Shown here: positions 62,843 through 64,000 of the stretch, one piece after another | Layout: each line of letters starts with the position of its first letter | Position numbering within the stretch: the stretch's first letter is position 1 | Assembly (NCBI GenBank): GCA_013265495.1 | Contig: MU058451.1 | Location: forward strand, 1,898,167 to 1,962,166 | Source: Vicugna vicugna | Taxonomy: Eukaryota | Direction of reading: 5' to 3' | DNA: 64,000 nucleotides | Notes under the pieces: generated by a model | Databases searched by the model: none | The model's input: only the letters and a program-made list of their open reading frames with translations | What the model was told of the DNA's origin: nothing | Position numbers and translations under genes: made by a program

Positions 62843-64000
62843 AATGGAAAAAATAATGAAATCAGCTCCTCTAATTTTGTAGAGTCTGAGAGAAGGTCTG
62901 CATCTTTTGTTCCACACGACTGAAATATGAATATGTAGCCCCAAGATGTTGTTCAACTTGCAAAGCAGAGTGTAACACCCAGGCAAAAGTATACCCCGAG
63001 AGCAAAGCTCCCCTCTCACAGTCCTAAAGAGATCATAATAGTCACCCTTTTAAGGCTCCATCTGGCATGCCCTGCATTAAGCTGCTGCATTTATGACCCA
63101 TGATCTTTTATATCACCAGGAAATATTTACTGAAGGAAATATTTGTTCAGGTTTGTTTGTCATGGGGTGACCACCTGTTTGGAGCCATTGCGATAATCAG
63201 TGTTTGAACTATTACAGATTCAGATTTGCTCTTTGCAACCAAAATCTAAAACTTCTTATACATTCTTGGGTTTTCATCCCAAATACAGAAGAGCTAAATG
63301 AAAGACACGATCTTAGGTATAAAAGGATCTAGAGATAAATACGTTTGCTCCTTTTCATTGAGGCAAACAGCTGGCTAATGCTAACTGTGCAGCTGGAAAT
63401 TTGGTAACTTTCCAAAGAAATATGAAACCAATTTGTTATTTCATCAACTATTCCCACGACTTTAGGACAGTTTCCAAAAACTGCTTCATGTCAAATGTTA
63501 AAGTAATTATGGCTTTCAGCTTCTTGCGGGTGCTTTGTGAGAATTTATAAATATACAAGGCACTTGTTGAGATAATAAGGTTGAAATTTATGTACCTAGT
63601 CAACTAACCAGATCTACTCTAACTTACTAAAAACTGCAAAATCAAAATACCCTATTAAAGTGTCCTGGAAATAAGTACCAGGGAATAGTTTTTGATCTGT
63701 TACACAGAATGCATACGCTATCTAGGAACATTTTAGATCTTACTGTGTCTAAAGCAATTCTATGAGAACTTAAGTTTGTCACCAAATCCTTATCCATCAC
63801 ATACTGAAAAGTATGCTTCTGCATGCATGTCTCATGTAGAGAATTTCAGTGGCGCTTTGCAAGTGTCCAGAAAGTCATCTGACAATTCCTGAGTAGAGAG
63901 CTTGCTAGATATTCTTGGAACTGTTTTTAGGTGAATCCAGTGGTCAGTTGGGATCATGTGTGTGAAAGTCTCCATAAATTACAGGAAGTTCTATTTATTG

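Noticed and set aside
1..64000. The provided 60-170 aa ORFs as protein-coding genes, or a novel multi-gene system
   Set aside because: They are short and overlapping, many fall inside repeats or low-complexity DNA, and I recognise no domain except decayed L1 ORF2. There is no operon-like, CRISPR-like or viral coding structure.

Overview
This is mammalian (eutherian) non-coding DNA. It is most likely camelid: there are many short artiodactyl-type L1 3' ends, some resembling camel/alpaca subfamilies, and I saw no ruminant, pig or cetacean SINEs. That assignment is inference from recalled repeat consensi. The window is a mosaic of interspersed repeats (L1 of several ages, L2, MIR, MLT1/MER21/MER74/MER41-like LTRs, hAT and Tigger MITEs), microsatellites, one 16-N gap and unique AT-rich stretches. 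I recognise no protein-coding gene, RNA gene, CRISPR array or prokaryotic-type system. The short ORFs look like chance ORFs or decayed L1 ORF2. The best gene-like signal is an unidentified minus-strand ATG exon candidate at 37551-37649 (strong Kozak context, AAG|gtaagg donor). The best-supported curiosities are: a twin-primed inverted L1 nested in an older L1; a poly(A)-only insertion with a perfect 15-bp TSD; a MER53 nested in MER5A with a perfect 8-bp TSD; a MER41-like LTR whose GAS position has N4 spacing; and several candidate enhancers. I found no evidence for a novel multi-gene system. Repeat names come from memory and boundaries are approximate.
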